A DNA stretch of 64,000 nucleotides from contig JAKMXF010000099.1 of assembly GCA_024704765.1 (NCBI GenBank), positions 798,846 through 862,845 on the forward strand, in the 5' to 3' direction. The DNA is from Oopsacas minuta. Lineage: Eukaryota > Animalia > Porifera. The notes beneath the pieces were generated by a model, which made no database searches, was not told where the DNA came from, and saw only the letters and a program-made list of their open reading frames with translations. A program made the position numbers and the translations under genes. Positions 63,836 through 64,000 of the stretch are shown piece after piece (the first letter of the stretch is position 1; every line of letters begins with the position of its first letter).

Positions 63836-64000
63836 ATTCACTAGCATATATGTTGTGATGTAGATATGTAAACATTTTGCACAGTTAGTGATTATTAGGT
63901 AACATGGAAATTGTAGTTTTGAAACATCTAAGTAGGGTGTTGGTCTTTGTGGTTGGGATATTTATTTGTGAAATGTATCAAGTATCGCACTTGAATTGGG

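Overview
AT-rich eukaryotic (animal-like) genomic window; no prokaryotic operons, rRNA, clear tRNA or CRISPR array. Three host genes are visible. (1) An FMN/cappuccino-type formin (2930-6693, minus) with one frameshift inside FH2. (2) An intronless 1689-aa ROCO protein (23398-28467, minus) with the architecture pseudo-caspase, pseudo-caspase, Roc GTPase, COR, CARD-like, intact caspase; this is the most striking item. (3) A short two-exon gene (40469-40873 + 48402-48722) whose spliced product has a CENP-C-type cupin but no recognisable CENP-C motif; its 7.5 kb intron is filled with transposons. Almost all the rest is decayed, often nested DNA transposons: Tc1/mariner (DD34E, DD37E x2, DD34D, DD41D), hAT, Kolobok, Transib, MULE, Chapaev-like, Merlin, P/THAP, Harbinger, a mini-Helitron, and many MITEs and foldbacks. 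No convincing retroelement was seen. The style suggests an early-branching metazoan such as a sponge, but this is a guess. Family calls come from motif recognition by eye; no database search was run.
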